Shown here piece by piece: positions 18,239 through 28,742 of a stretch of 64,000 bases of DNA. This DNA is from Dehalococcoidia bacterium UBA2979 (GTDB taxonomy: Bacteria; Chloroflexota; Dehalococcoidia; UBA2979). The translations under genes and the position numbers were made by a program. Where the stretch lies: positions 5,047-69,046 of the forward strand of contig DEAP01000041.1 of NCBI GenBank assembly GCA_002348225.1, written 5' to 3'. The notes beneath the pieces were generated by a model. The model was not told the origin of the DNA and searched no databases. It worked only from the letters and a program-made list of their open reading frames with translations. How positions within the stretch are numbered: position 1 is the first letter of the stretch; the number at the start of each line of letters is the position of its first letter.

Positions 18239-19909
18239 ATGAAAAGTATGGACAGAAATAAAATATTCCTACCTACTATTCCTTTTAAGTCTCTCTTTAC
18301 GAGACTTTTATTTGTGCTGACTGTGTTTTTGCTTTCATGCTCACAAGGTGATTCTGAGGAAACCCAAATCAAAGCGGAAGTAACAGTGGAAGCGGCGACC
18401 GGTCAGGATAACGCACCTCAGGCATCAAACTCCGTAGAGGCGGCAGCTGAGGTAAAAACTTTACGTATTGGAGTTGGGCGTCATTTAATTGAAACAAAGG
18501 CGCTTATAAGTGATCCGAATTTTCAGAGACTTATTTGGTCTGGTTTGCTGAGGTTAGGTCCTGATGGGAAACTCTATCCGGATATGGCTGCTTTCGTGCC
18601 TGAATTAGAGAACGAAGGTATTTCTTCAGATTTCAAAACATATACCTTTAGCTTAAGGAAAAATGCAAAGTGGACCGATGGTGGACCAGTGCAGGCAGCC
18701 CAATTCCTTACGCTTATGTTTTTAGAAGGAGAGTCAACTGATTCACGGCTTCGTGACGAATTCATTGAAAAACTCGATGTAGATAAAAGTACATCGTTGG
18801 ACGCTCAGACGTTAGTGTTTTCGTTGCAAGAATCTTATCCAGAGTTTCTTACCCTTATGACTCTCCCAGCGATGTTCCCGGACAGGGATATACAGGTGGA
18901 TTCACTTGGTACCGCTCCAACAAATGGTCCCTATCGAATATCCGAGTGGACAGAAGAGCGGGTGGTGCTAATAGCGAATGAAGCTTGGGAAGATACAGTT
19001 GGTAACTTTAGTAGCCATCAAATAGAGCGCATTGAATTTATTCCGTTCAGCGAATTTGGTGAGGCACATAAGAAATTTCTAGAGGGTTTCATCGACATAT
19101 TGCCTATGACGAGTCAGCACAGGAAAGGAGTAAATCTGAGCTCAGATGATTCCTTTCCTGTCAGACGTGACCCACCTTCTGTTTATTCGATTTTCATCAA
19201 TCATTCAGATGAGATATTTGAGGACGTGGCGGCACGTCGAGCATTGGCTATGAATCTTTCTAGGGAAGATTTGCTGATTGATATTCAACCGGATAGAAGT
19301 TCGTCACTTGAACCTGCATATTCTTGGATACCCAGATATGTATGGGGAAATAGCGAAGAGAACTTTATTTCACTGGCCTCGACTGATTTGCTGGCCGCTG
19401 ATAGCTGGTACGTTGGTGGCGGAACGGATGGTATTTCACTCGAGCTTCTTTACTCTTCGGATGACCCAATACAGAAAGCACTCGCCCCCTTATTAGAGGG
19501 GCATTGGGAGGAACACCTGCCAGTGGATGTGCTTCTTCGGGAAGAGCGTTCCGAGGAGCATTATGCAGATATTGTCTCAGGGGCTTATCAGCTGACTCTT
19601 GCCAAATGGGATGAGGAATTATTTGATCCTACTTACTGGCTATCAGATTTTCAGACGTCAGCTGCTGATAATTTTACTCGGTTTAGTGAGCCACAATTTG
19701 ATGAGTTTATTGAATTAGGATTGAGTGCTCGGACTCAGCAAGATTGGCGCGACAATATGCAGCAGGCGAGTAACATGCTTATGGAAGAGATAGTGGTAAT
19801 CCCCATGTTCAATGGGTCTAAAAAAGTTCTGGTGAGAGATGAAAATGTCCCTGTAGTAGAGACTATGCTGAGTCACTGGAATTGGGATTCTCTCGTAATC
19901 AAGGATTGA
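18239..19909 (+). CDS. Solute-binding lipoprotein, probably an ABC transporter substrate-binding protein (family-5-like).
   Basis: It has a signal peptide with lipobox LLSC. Its size (about 556 aa) and composition resemble peptide/nickel-type SBPs. The family assignment is tentative. Confidence 0.45.
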   Translation: MKSMDRNKIFLPTIPFKSLFTRLLFVLTVFLLSCSQGDSEETQIKAEVTVEAATGQDNAPQASNSVEAAAEVKTLRIGVGRHLIETKALISDPNFQRLIWSGLLRLGPDGKLYPDMAAFVPELENEGISSDFKTYTFSLRKNAKWTDGGPVQAAQFLTLMFLEGESTDSRLRDEFIEKLDVDKSTSLDAQTLVFSLQESYPEFLTLMTLPAMFPDRDIQVDSLGTAPTNGPYRISEWTEERVVLIANEAWEDTVGNFSSHQIERIEFIPFSEFGEAHKKFLEGFIDILPMTSQHRKGVNLSSDDSFPVRRDPPSVYSIFINHSDEIFEDVAARRALAMNLSREDLLIDIQPDRSSSLEPAYSWIPRYVWGNSEENFISLASTDLLAADSWYVGGGTDGISLELLYSSDDPIQKALAPLLEGHWEEHLPVDVLLREERSEEHYADIVSGAYQLTLAKWDEELFDPTYWLSDFQTSAADNFTRFSEPQFDEFIELGLSARTQQDWRDNMQQASNMLMEEIVVIPMFNGSKKVLVRDENVPVVETMLSHWNWDSLVIKD

Positions 19910-20025
19910 TCCCACTAGCTGTTGTGACCCGATATGCGTGATCGGTCGGATAGTGCAGTTCTTTATCCATCAGAAAGTCGAGTCAGCTTTTATGCCGTTA
20001 CACTAAATTCCATGGGAGGTATCGT

Positions 20026-20799
20026 ATGGACAGATATGAAGGATCAACTGCGCTCGTGACTGGTGCCGCGTCTGGCATCGGACGTGCGATGGCTGAGCGA
20101 CTGGCGGAAGAGGGATGCGCTGTAGTGTGTGCTGACATTGATGGTGAAGGCGCCGAAGACACAGCAGCCCAGCTGCTTGAAAAGGGTAGCAGGGCATCTG
20201 CCATAAAACTGGATGTAACTGACTCAACGGCGATTAAAGAAGCTATTGAGAAAACTATTGATGAATTTGGTTCGTTTGACGTGCTTATGAATAATGCGGG
20301 GATAGCTGGTGGGAGTTGGGAAGACACTATAGACATTAATTTGAGTGGTGTGTATTACGGACTTCAACATGGTTGCCGGGTCATGGCCCAGAGAGGCGGT
20401 GGTTCAATTGTGAATACAGCTTCTGTTGCTGGCCTAAACGGCTTAGTAGGCACAACAGTCACCCCTGAAGAACTTTTGCAGGGTGAGGGGGCGGTGGGCA
20501 CTGGAGCTTATACAGCCGCCAAGCATGGTGTAGTGGGTTTGACCAGGCAATTTGCTGTGACGTACGGCAAACTAAATGTTCGAGTGAACGCGATTTGTCC
20601 GGGTTACATTGTGACCCCAATGACAGCACCATTCCGTGAGCGCGAAGGCGGAACAGAATTCTTAGAAAGTCTTCATCCCATTGGCCGACTCGGTGAATCA
20701 GAAGAAATCGCATCGGCAGCGGCTTTCTTAGCTAGTTCTGATGCTTCATTTATTACGGGAATTGCTCTCCCAGTTGATGGTGGCTATACCGCTAGGTAA
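20026..20799 (+). CDS. SDR family oxidoreductase (3-oxoacyl-ACP-reductase-like).
   Basis: It has ALVTGAASGIGRAMAERLAEEG, NNAG and YxxxK motifs. A GGGAGG RBS precedes the start. Confidence 0.85.
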   Translation: MDRYEGSTALVTGAASGIGRAMAERLAEEGCAVVCADIDGEGAEDTAAQLLEKGSRASAIKLDVTDSTAIKEAIEKTIDEFGSFDVLMNNAGIAGGSWEDTIDINLSGVYYGLQHGCRVMAQRGGGSIVNTASVAGLNGLVGTTVTPEELLQGEGAVGTGAYTAAKHGVVGLTRQFAVTYGKLNVRVNAICPGYIVTPMTAPFREREGGTEFLESLHPIGRLGESEEIASAAAFLASSDASFITGIALPVDGGYTAR

Positions 20800-20861
20800 A
20801 ACCATCGAGCTTGTGATACTAATAGGCTATATATATCTATAGTTTTGGACGGAGGGTTTCA

Positions 20862-22526
20862 ATGACTGCAAATGCTGATGGGGTACAGGGGTCTGAACTG
20901 CTAGCAAAGCAAATGCGCGATGAAGGCGTAGAGGACTTGTTTTATATTATGGGCGGTCCAATCATCGAGGTGGCTGGGTTTGCAGCGGACTACGGTATCC
21001 GTACCATCGATTGTCGTCACGAACAGGGAGCTTCTTTTGCCGCTCATGGTTATGCGAGAGTCAAGCGAGAGCCAGGTGTCTGCCTAGCAGCATCAGGACC
21101 GGCTACCACCAATCTTCTTACAGGTTTAGCGAATGCTTATCTTGACTGTGTACCAATGATTGCGCTTGGGGGAGCAGCAGCACTCCGAGCCCACGACACT
21201 GATGCCTTTCAAGAATATGACCAGTTATCCATGGCAAAGCCAGTCACCAGGTGGGCTGGTAGAGTGAATCATACTGACCGATTACCTGAATATTTCAACA
21301 TGGCGAGACGAAAAGCTATCTCGGGTAAGCCAGGGCCAACATATTTGGATTTACCTGGCGACGTACTGTACGGCCGGGTTGACCAGTCATCGGTCTGGTT
21401 TCCTCCAGGTGGAAAAGGAATATCGAGACCATATCCGGGTGATGAGGAAATAAAAGAGGCCATTTCAATATTAAAAAAGGCGGAACGACCTGTCGTGATT
21501 GCAGGTTCGGGTGTGTTTTGGTCAGATGCAGGTGAACAACTACGTCAGTTTGTTGAGTCGACTCAGATTCCGTTTTTCACAACACCTCAGTCACGGGGCA
21601 TAATTCCAGAAGATCACGATCTTGCATATTTGGGTGCTCGAGGGCAAGCGTTCCGTGATGCGGACGTGATTGTGGTTGTGGGTACTCGGTTCAACTTCAT
21701 TATTTCTTTTGGGCATGCTCCTCGATTCGCTCCCGATGTGAAAGTAATTCATATAGATATCGATGCAACAGAACTTGGGCATAACCGTCCAGTGGACGTC
21801 GCTATCGCCGCCGATGCGCGGGTTGCTTTGTCGAAGCTAACTACTGCGGCGGAGGAAGCAGGTATTACAACCTCGGATAGTTGGCGCGCACAGCTTGCGG
21901 AATTGGATGATCGTAAACGTGAACAGAGTAGGATGATGGCCGAAAGCGATCAAAGTCCGATACACCCACTTCGAGTTGCTGAAGAGATTGTTAATTTCGT
22001 TGATAGAGATGCAATCATCTCAGTAGATGGGATGGAGACGTTGAATTTCGGGCGTCAATGGATCCCGTCGTTTGTTGAGGGCGCAAGACTGAATTCAGGA
22101 CCAAATGGATGCATGGGTGTTGGAATTCCATTCGCTATGGGAGCACAAGTGGCTGCTCCTGGACGACAAGTTGTCGCTTTTGTTGGCGATGGCTCATTCT
22201 TCATGAATATTCAGGAATTTGATACGATGGTTCGTCATAACCTTCCGGTGATAGCGGTAGTGAGTAATAATGGCGGCTGGACAGGTGGTGAGAATACTAC
22301 CCCAGGTCGAAGTCTCGGCTTTAACCAGCAGTATCACAAGGTAGTTGAGGCGATTGGTGGTTATGGTGAACTCGTCACCGATCCAAACGATCTACCAGGG
22401 GCTCTTGAGCGAGCAGCTGAGAGCGGAAAGCCTGCCTGCATCAACGTTCATGTGGAGGAACATGCGCGGGCAACTACGGTGGCCTTTGGAGGATACTCCA
22501 CGATGATGTCTCGTTCGGATGCTTAA
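20862..22526 (+). CDS. Thiamine-pyrophosphate-dependent enzyme (acetolactate-synthase/benzoylformate-decarboxylase-like).
   Basis: It has a three-domain TPP enzyme layout and the TPP-binding GDG...NN motif (VGDGSFFMNIQEFDTMVRHNLPVIAVVSNNGGW). Confidence 0.8.
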   Translation: MTANADGVQGSELLAKQMRDEGVEDLFYIMGGPIIEVAGFAADYGIRTIDCRHEQGASFAAHGYARVKREPGVCLAASGPATTNLLTGLANAYLDCVPMIALGGAAALRAHDTDAFQEYDQLSMAKPVTRWAGRVNHTDRLPEYFNMARRKAISGKPGPTYLDLPGDVLYGRVDQSSVWFPPGGKGISRPYPGDEEIKEAISILKKAERPVVIAGSGVFWSDAGEQLRQFVESTQIPFFTTPQSRGIIPEDHDLAYLGARGQAFRDADVIVVVGTRFNFIISFGHAPRFAPDVKVIHIDIDATELGHNRPVDVAIAADARVALSKLTTAAEEAGITTSDSWRAQLAELDDRKREQSRMMAESDQSPIHPLRVAEEIVNFVDRDAIISVDGMETLNFGRQWIPSFVEGARLNSGPNGCMGVGIPFAMGAQVAAPGRQVVAFVGDGSFFMNIQEFDTMVRHNLPVIAVVSNNGGWTGGENTTPGRSLGFNQQYHKVVEAIGGYGELVTDPNDLPGALERAAESGKPACINVHVEEHARATTVAFGGYSTMMSRSDA

Positions 22527-22529
22527 CTG

Positions 22530-23708
22530 TTGACTTCAAATCGCCTGCCTGACTCATTGGATGCACTGTTTCGTCCTGCGGTTGAGGCCGGTCATATTCC
22601 AGGTGTCGTCATGGGAGTCACCTCTTCTGACAGAGTTCTATATCAGGGGGCATTCGGGAAAAAATCCTCCGATGGTACGGCTGAACTTGAATTGGATGCA
22701 GTATTCAATATTGCGTCTATGACTAAACCGATCACAGGAGTCGCAGTGATGCAGTTGGTCGAGGCCGGCGTGGTTGACCTTGATGAACCTCTTGGACGGT
22801 TTATCCCCTATCTGGAATCGATTCAAGTATTGGAAGGATTCGACGAACAAAATAGACCACAGCTACGTGCACCGTCCAGTGCCGTGACTTTACGGCATCT
22901 TTTGACTCATACATCTGGATTTGTGTACGAGATGTGGAATGGTGACATTCGTAAATTTCAGGAAATAACGGGGCATCCAAAAATGCCTTCCGGAAAATTA
23001 GAAGCTCTGCAAGTTCCTCTGATGTTCGATCCCGGCACAAGATGGGAGTATGGCGTTGGGATTGACTGGGCTGGATTAGTGTTGGAAGCGGTCACCGGGA
23101 CAACCCTTTCCGATTACATGCAACAAAACATCTTGTCACCTCTGGAAATGAAGGACACCACTTATACGCCAACTCCAGACATCGAGCAGAGGCTAGTTCC
23201 GGTGCATCGACGACTGGCTAGGAAGGAGTTTAAGGTTAGCCAACTTCGGCCAGATCTCTCCAGAGAATATTATGGTGGTGGGGCCGGACTCTACTCGACT
23301 ATCTCTGACTACCTTCGATTCTGCCGGATGATTCTTAATCAAGGAGAATTGGATGGTAAAAGAATTCTCAGTCCTGAGACTGTTGGTCTAATGTCACGAA
23401 ATGCGATGGGCCCCAACAGAGTGCAACCACTTCCGTCTTTTGACGCGGTTATAAGTAACGATGCAGAATTTTTCCCTGGGATAGAGAAGACTTGGGGTTT
23501 GACATTTCTGATCAATGAGGAAGCGACGTTTACCGGGAGATCCCGTGAGTCGCTTAGTTGGGGAGGAATTTTTAACACATTTTTCTGGATCGATCATTCG
23601 AGAGATTCTGCAGGAGTCTTTTTGACGCAAATTAGCCCTTGGGTGGATGAAGTTGCATTACCTTTATTTGAGTCATTTGAATCAGTGGTGAATGAGGTTG
23701 AACCGTAA
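22530..23708 (+). CDS. Serine hydrolase of the beta-lactamase/esterase (class C) family.
   Basis: It has the S-x-x-K active-site motif (FNIASMTKPITG) and a beta-lactamase-fold length of 392 aa. Confidence 0.8.
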   Translation: MTSNRLPDSLDALFRPAVEAGHIPGVVMGVTSSDRVLYQGAFGKKSSDGTAELELDAVFNIASMTKPITGVAVMQLVEAGVVDLDEPLGRFIPYLESIQVLEGFDEQNRPQLRAPSSAVTLRHLLTHTSGFVYEMWNGDIRKFQEITGHPKMPSGKLEALQVPLMFDPGTRWEYGVGIDWAGLVLEAVTGTTLSDYMQQNILSPLEMKDTTYTPTPDIEQRLVPVHRRLARKEFKVSQLRPDLSREYYGGGAGLYSTISDYLRFCRMILNQGELDGKRILSPETVGLMSRNAMGPNRVQPLPSFDAVISNDAEFFPGIEKTWGLTFLINEEATFTGRSRESLSWGGIFNTFFWIDHSRDSAGVFLTQISPWVDEVALPLFESFESVVNEVEP

Positions 23709-23715
23709 ACGGGAG

Positions 23716-24681
23716 CTAATTTTCCCAAGGCAGTTTTCGGGGTTTAAGGACCTGTCTGAGTTCACCATCTGCTACCACGACGATCAGATCGAGCTGGACA
23801 TAATTCGTAGGACTCATCCCCTTAAGAGCTGTAGTGACTAATTCCTTCTCTATATGAGGGGTGGCAGTAACCACCACCAATGCCTTCAAATCCGTCTCAA
23901 TATCCACCGGAGCTTCGTTGACCCTCTTAAGTGCTCTTCGTAGATCTCGCCGAACAGGTGTGCCATCAGCTGGATCTATATCAACCGGAGGAGCGATGAC
24001 TGATACTCCAGATGCAACAGTCGAAGGCAGATGGGAAACTGTCCAGTGGTCGAATAAATCTATTTCTGTCAGCTCGTTTTCTTCTAGTACCATGGCGCGT
24101 TCGCGAATTTGATTCTTCATAGTAGTGAGCTCTGCCTCTTCTTTAGGCAGTCTGGCAATTTCACTGGAATCGAGATGGAAAGCTCCGGTCAGTCCCTCAG
24201 AAAGCGCCAGCCATTCAGGGGAAAACCCTCCGGTTACCGACATGTATGAACCCTCATTCTCGAGCTTCGCAAGTCTTACTTTTTTTGGAATGCGGAGTTC
24301 GCGTCGCTCATCGTTTCCGAGAGCCCTTAGGCCTTGAGCTAGACGTAATCTGAGTTCTGAATAATCCGGCTCGTCGGTCGGGATTTCCGCTTTCGGCGGT
24401 ATCCAAATTCCATAGCCTCCGGGCTCTACCAAGTTATCTGCTGCTACATCCTGGGTTAGCAAGGTTTCGAATTCACTCAATTCAGGTCTAGCATCAACGG
24501 GCCATAGAGTTTCGACAAAAACACCTACCGTCCGCTCTCGCTGCTTCAGGAGAGCATCATATCCGCCGGTTCCATCGTCAATACCTATGGGCCGGAAGGT
24601 TCTATAGAATCGTTCGCTCATCCATGCCGCTAAAAGATGTACTAATGTTCGATCCGTTGAAGGCGTATCCAATGGCGTCAC
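23716..24681 (-). CDS. Hypothetical protein (321 aa).
   Basis: It is a long ORF with coding-like composition and no recognisable motif. Confidence 0.4.
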   Translation of the reverse strand: MTPLDTPSTDRTLVHLLAAWMSERFYRTFRPIGIDDGTGGYDALLKQRERTVGVFVETLWPVDARPELSEFETLLTQDVAADNLVEPGGYGIWIPPKAEIPTDEPDYSELRLRLAQGLRALGNDERRELRIPKKVRLAKLENEGSYMSVTGGFSPEWLALSEGLTGAFHLDSSEIARLPKEEAELTTMKNQIRERAMVLEENELTEIDLFDHWTVSHLPSTVASGVSVIAPPVDIDPADGTPVRRDLRRALKRVNEAPVDIETDLKALVVVTATPHIEKELVTTALKGMSPTNYVQLDLIVVVADGELRQVLKPRKLPWEN

Positions 24682-24712
24682 CTATATTCGTGGTGCATAG
24701 ATTTGTAGGAAA

Positions 24713-25132
24713 CTATTCTTCCGAAACACTCGCGCGCCTAACGAGGATGGGATCAATTCCATTTTTCACGAATTGAATCACAATATTCAGGTTTATCGCT
24801 AAGAAAATAAGCACTGAAAGGAGCTTAAGGGTATTTGCAAACATTGAATCACCTTGGTCGATTTGTTGCAGAGCGATTACAGTTAACACGCACGCAAGCA
24901 GCGAGATGCCGAGTCCCACTAACCAATCCCAAGATCTGATGAACCTCGAAAAGGCTCCAATCACCCCTGCTAATAAAGCGATGTGCACGGCTGCGCCACC
25001 AAGGACCGCCCCCAGCATGGGAGTGTCGTGGTAATCCCAGAGTTCAAATGCCGTCAGTATGAGCCACATTGCACCAATCGGGGCGACGATAGCAAAGATA
25101 ATTCCGACTAGATCTGATCGGTTAAATCGCAT
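24713..25132 (-). CDS. Hypothetical membrane protein (139 aa, about 4 TM helices).
   Basis: It is a hydrophobic ORF immediately upstream of the 321-aa hypothetical. Confidence 0.4.
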   Translation of the reverse strand: MRFNRSDLVGIIFAIVAPIGAMWLILTAFELWDYHDTPMLGAVLGGAAVHIALLAGVIGAFSRFIRSWDWLVGLGISLLACVLTVIALQQIDQGDSMFANTLKLLSVLIFLAINLNIVIQFVKNGIDPILVRRASVSEE

Positions 25133-25187
25133 TTACCACTTCTTTCTCTTCAATATGCTCCTCGAAATGTCTGATGCATGCAAGAGG

Positions 25188-25952
25188 TCATATCGCACTT
25201 CGGCTCTGTCCGCCATCGACCGGAATCGTTGACCCAATAACCCACGATGCCCGTTTCGACGCCAGCCACACTACTGCATCCGCTACTTCCTCAGGCTTGC
25301 CGAATCTACCCCCTGGGATTTCATTTCGGATGAACTCAGCCATCCCTTCCGGGTCTTCGACTAGGCGGTTTCCCCAGGAGCCACCCTCAAATGCAATTGA
25401 CCCAGGAGCAATATTGTTGATTCGAATGCCATCGGATGCCCAATTACGTGCATATGAATTCGAAAGTGCTATCTGGGCAGCCTTCGACGACTGATACTGA
25501 GGAGGCCCACCGTGTTCTCTGCCGAATATCGAAGAAATATTTATGACGGATGCGTGCTCTGATTTCAGTAGAGATTCGCGTAATGTTTCCATTATTCTCA
25601 ACGGCGCCATCACGTTCAGTTCGAAAGATTGCCTCCAATTACTTTCAGTATCGCCTCCTCGGATGGTCGCACCCGCATTATTGACGAGGACGTCCACATG
25701 AGGGAATATTTCCTGCAGTTTCCTATCAATTGTGTCTGGCGCACTAGCCGACGCAACATCGCAGGAGAGGGTATGAACACTCGAAGTACCCTGCCTATCT
25801 AACGATTCTTTTAAATCCGATAGAAGCTCTTCGTCGCGGGCGATGAGGAGTAGGTGAGATCCTTCCTCATAGAACTTCTCGGTAATTGCGCGTCCAATGC
25901 CTCGGGAAGCTCCGGTAACAATCACGTATTTGTCGGTCAGTTCAAGATCCAT
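25188..25952 (-). CDS. SDR family oxidoreductase.
   Basis: It has VIVTGASRGIGRAITEKF, NNAG and YQSSKAA motifs. Confidence 0.85.
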   Translation of the reverse strand: MDLELTDKYVIVTGASRGIGRAITEKFYEEGSHLLLIARDEELLSDLKESLDRQGTSSVHTLSCDVASASAPDTIDRKLQEIFPHVDVLVNNAGATIRGGDTESNWRQSFELNVMAPLRIMETLRESLLKSEHASVINISSIFGREHGGPPQYQSSKAAQIALSNSYARNWASDGIRINNIAPGSIAFEGGSWGNRLVEDPEGMAEFIRNEIPGGRFGKPEEVADAVVWLASKRASWVIGSTIPVDGGQSRSAI

Positions 25953-26035
25953 TTTGCGCCCCTTTTTGATCTAAAAACGTATTTTCATAACGGCGACTTA
26001 TAGTCAGGCTATATGTACTAGGTTAGTCTGAAGTC

Positions 26036-26791
26036 ATGTCAATTGAAATTAATCTTAACGATCATGTCGCAACTATTACATTTAACGATAAACAAGAGGT
26101 TTTTTCAGTGGAGACTTCTAAGCAGTTGTCGGCGGTGGTTGAAGGGCTCGAGATGTCTAGTCGCGTGGACGTGGTGATCTTGGAGCACGCTGAAAATGCT
26201 GGCGGCAAATGGGCCGCACTGAACTCCGTCCAAAGCCCGACAAACGAACGATATGTAGAAATCAGAGAACTCAGCGCTGGTATACAAGCGATTGCAGCCC
26301 TCAGACAGCCGGTGATTGCCACCTGCGCAGGAGATCTACAAGGGCCTGGAATGGAGCTGTATCTTGCTGCAGATATTCGATTTGCCGGGTTGAACTCTAC
26401 CTTCCGGATGAGTGAAGCTGCGGAGGACAGACTTCCGATGAGCGGAGCTGGACAACGATTAGTGCGAGCAGTGGGCCGTGCCCAAGCGCTTAGAATGCTT
26501 CTGCTTGGTTCGCCTATGGACGTGGAAGAGGCATTCCGCATTGGTCTCATTTCTAGTTCCAGTAACACGACTCTTGCGGAAGCCCAACTCGCGGGTGAGG
26601 AAATCGCTAGCAGGGGCCCTCTGGCGGTCCGAACCTTTAAGGAGGCACTTCACAAAGGAGCTGAAATGACTCTGGAGCAGGCTCTACAGTACGAGCTTGA
26701 TCTCACTATATTGCTCCAGTCGACTGAAGACAGAAAAGAGGGTGTAGATGCCTTTCTCGAGAAAAGGACTCCTGACTTCAGGGCTCGCTGA
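26036..26791 (+). CDS. Enoyl-CoA hydratase/isomerase (crotonase) family protein.
   Basis: It has the crotonase-fold oxyanion region (ATCAGDLQGPGMELYLAADIRFAG). Confidence 0.8.
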   Translation: MSIEINLNDHVATITFNDKQEVFSVETSKQLSAVVEGLEMSSRVDVVILEHAENAGGKWAALNSVQSPTNERYVEIRELSAGIQAIAALRQPVIATCAGDLQGPGMELYLAADIRFAGLNSTFRMSEAAEDRLPMSGAGQRLVRAVGRAQALRMLLLGSPMDVEEAFRIGLISSSSNTTLAEAQLAGEEIASRGPLAVRTFKEALHKGAEMTLEQALQYELDLTILLQSTEDRKEGVDAFLEKRTPDFRAR

Positions 26792-26874
26792 CTTCTAAAA
26801 GTCTCACGATCACCTTTTCTTTGGTCGTGACTGTATTATCCTTGACGCTGAAAGAACGATGAATTGATAAGCGG

Positions 26875-27132
26875 GTGTATATGAACGTAGTAATGAACAC
26901 TGATGAAGCTCATGTAGTCTTGACTTTGGTGACTTCACAGATTCTCGATCATTTGCAGATGTCTGAGGAAGGGCGAGAGGTCGTGAAGAGCTGGCGGCGA
27001 TCGCATAATCTTGGCTCGGGTGATCTCGATGAATTTGCAATTGAACTTAATGAGGCGGTTGGTAATTTCATAGATGAAAACACACGACGTATGGTGCGTC
27101 AGCGCGGCAAACTAAAAGTTCAAGAGAGATAA
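26875..27132 (+). CDS. Hypothetical small protein (about 80 aa), paralog of the next ORF.
   Basis: The two ORFs share an approximately 55-aa block: TDEAHVVLTLVTSQILDHLQMSEEGREVVKSWRRSHNLGSGDLDEFAIELNEAV versus VDECHQMFEAVIENLTKENFSSEDNYSLENWRTNEMKPGSLLMNNLAEKINREV. Confidence 0.3.
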   Translation: MYMNVVMNTDEAHVVLTLVTSQILDHLQMSEEGREVVKSWRRSHNLGSGDLDEFAIELNEAVGNFIDENTRRMVRQRGKLKVQER

Positions 27133-27152
27133 AAATACGGGAGTTTTGCGAT

Positions 27153-27389
27153 ATGAAGGTAGAATTTACAGTCGACGAGTGCCATCAAATGTTCGAGGCA
27201 GTCATCGAGAACTTAACCAAGGAGAACTTCTCGTCTGAAGACAATTATTCCTTGGAAAATTGGCGAACTAACGAGATGAAACCGGGTTCCCTGCTAATGA
27301 ACAACTTAGCCGAGAAAATTAATCGAGAAGTACAAGGCCAGCATGACCGATCTGAGGTCTCGCCTATTAAGAAGCCGGATTGGGCATAA
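27153..27389 (+). CDS. Hypothetical small protein (78 aa), tandem paralog of 26875..27132.
   Basis: See the preceding feature. A GGGAG RBS lies upstream (acgggagttttgcgatATG). Confidence 0.3.
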   Translation: MKVEFTVDECHQMFEAVIENLTKENFSSEDNYSLENWRTNEMKPGSLLMNNLAEKINREVQGQHDRSEVSPIKKPDWA

Positions 27390-27410
27390 TTGGCTGAGAA
27401 AATCAGGTAG

Positions 27411-28151
27411 ATGACATCGAATAGTGATGAATCCCCATTAATCATCGAGCGTAGTGAGTCTGGCGTATACACCCTCGTATTGAACCGTCCTGACAAAATC
27501 AACTCGGTCAATATGGCAATGCGTGATGAATTATGGCAAGCTCTGCAATTACTTAGAGATGATAGTACTGCGACGTGTGCCATTATCCGTGGAAGCGGAT
27601 CACGCGGTTTTTCTGCAGGGGCAGACATTTCTGAATTTGGTACAGCCCCAAGTCTCTACGAGTCAAGAGAAGCAAGACTGAACAGAGATCTTTGGGGAAT
27701 GATGTCAAAGCTGGAGCTGCCACTGATAGCTGCGATACATGGATATGCGTATGGGGCTGGGCTGGAATTATCCTTGTACTGTGATATCCGTATCGCGACC
27801 AGTGGTTCGCAGTTCAGTATTCCTGAAGTATCCCTTGGCTATATTCCATCGGCTGGCGGAAGCCAGACCATTTCTAGATATTTGCGAAGATCAGATGCGG
27901 CCTTAATGGGACTCACTGGACGACCACTTACTGCCATCCAGGCCTATAGCGCGGGACTGATTCATGAAATTGTTGAGGATTCGGAGCTATACCAGCGCTC
28001 TGAGCAGATAGCCGACACAATTTCTCACTACAAGCCGGAAGTCATGCGGGCTATGAAATTAGCAATTAATCGCGGCGCTGACCTCCCGTTAAAAGAAGCC
28101 GCCCAGATGGAGCAGCTGCAGGCGTCTATGTTGAGCACTGGGAGTCAATAG
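27411..28151 (+). CDS. Enoyl-CoA hydratase/isomerase family protein.
   Basis: It has crotonase motifs (AAIHGYAYGAGLELSLYCDIRIA). Confidence 0.8.
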   Translation: MTSNSDESPLIIERSESGVYTLVLNRPDKINSVNMAMRDELWQALQLLRDDSTATCAIIRGSGSRGFSAGADISEFGTAPSLYESREARLNRDLWGMMSKLELPLIAAIHGYAYGAGLELSLYCDIRIATSGSQFSIPEVSLGYIPSAGGSQTISRYLRRSDAALMGLTGRPLTAIQAYSAGLIHEIVEDSELYQRSEQIADTISHYKPEVMRAMKLAINRGADLPLKEAAQMEQLQASMLSTGSQ

Positions 28152-28173
28152 TCGGACACGCTACTGTAGTTGT

Positions 28174-28674
28174 ATGGAGAAAATTAAATCCTTTTCCTCG
28201 GGTCCAGTAATTCTCTTACTGTCGTCACTATTTTTCATTGGCGTGGTTTTCTGGGGTCTCTTCAATGAAACTGAAATACAGGTACGGTATATCGATGCTG
28301 GTCCAGTTGACCGGTTCGCCATAGGGCAAGTTGATCAAGTCGACTCACTTCCTTTGTATGTGGTGGGATTAGAGAATGGGACACTCCGAGCGATCGACAC
28401 CCGCCTTGAGGGCACGGAGTGTGCTGCAGTCTGGGTACCCGATGACGAGCGTGGTTCGCAGATGAACTATCAAAGGTTGCCCGGAGTCTTCCAAGACCCA
28501 TGCAGTCAGAAAATCTGGGCTGGTGCGGGGCATGCTATCGGTGGGGATGTGCCGTTGCGTACACCCTACCTTGAACCGCGTCCAGAAAGTGACGGCAAGA
28601 CACATATATTTGTGGAATATATTGTGATTGCCGGATTCCCTGAAGGTAAGGATGCTGGCTGGCGCAGTGAGTAA
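28174..28674 (+). CDS. Hypothetical membrane-anchored protein (166 aa).
   Basis: It has an N-terminal TM helix followed by a soluble Cys/His-containing domain with no confident family. Confidence 0.4.
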   Translation: MEKIKSFSSGPVILLLSSLFFIGVVFWGLFNETEIQVRYIDAGPVDRFAIGQVDQVDSLPLYVVGLENGTLRAIDTRLEGTECAAVWVPDDERGSQMNYQRLPGVFQDPCSQKIWAGAGHAIGGDVPLRTPYLEPRPESDGKTHIFVEYIVIAGFPEGKDAGWRSE

Positions 28675-28742
28675 CAGTATTCAGGTGTTATCCTGCATCC
28701 CTTATTCGATAAACAGATGAAGTATTGCTTGTGGAGATAATT

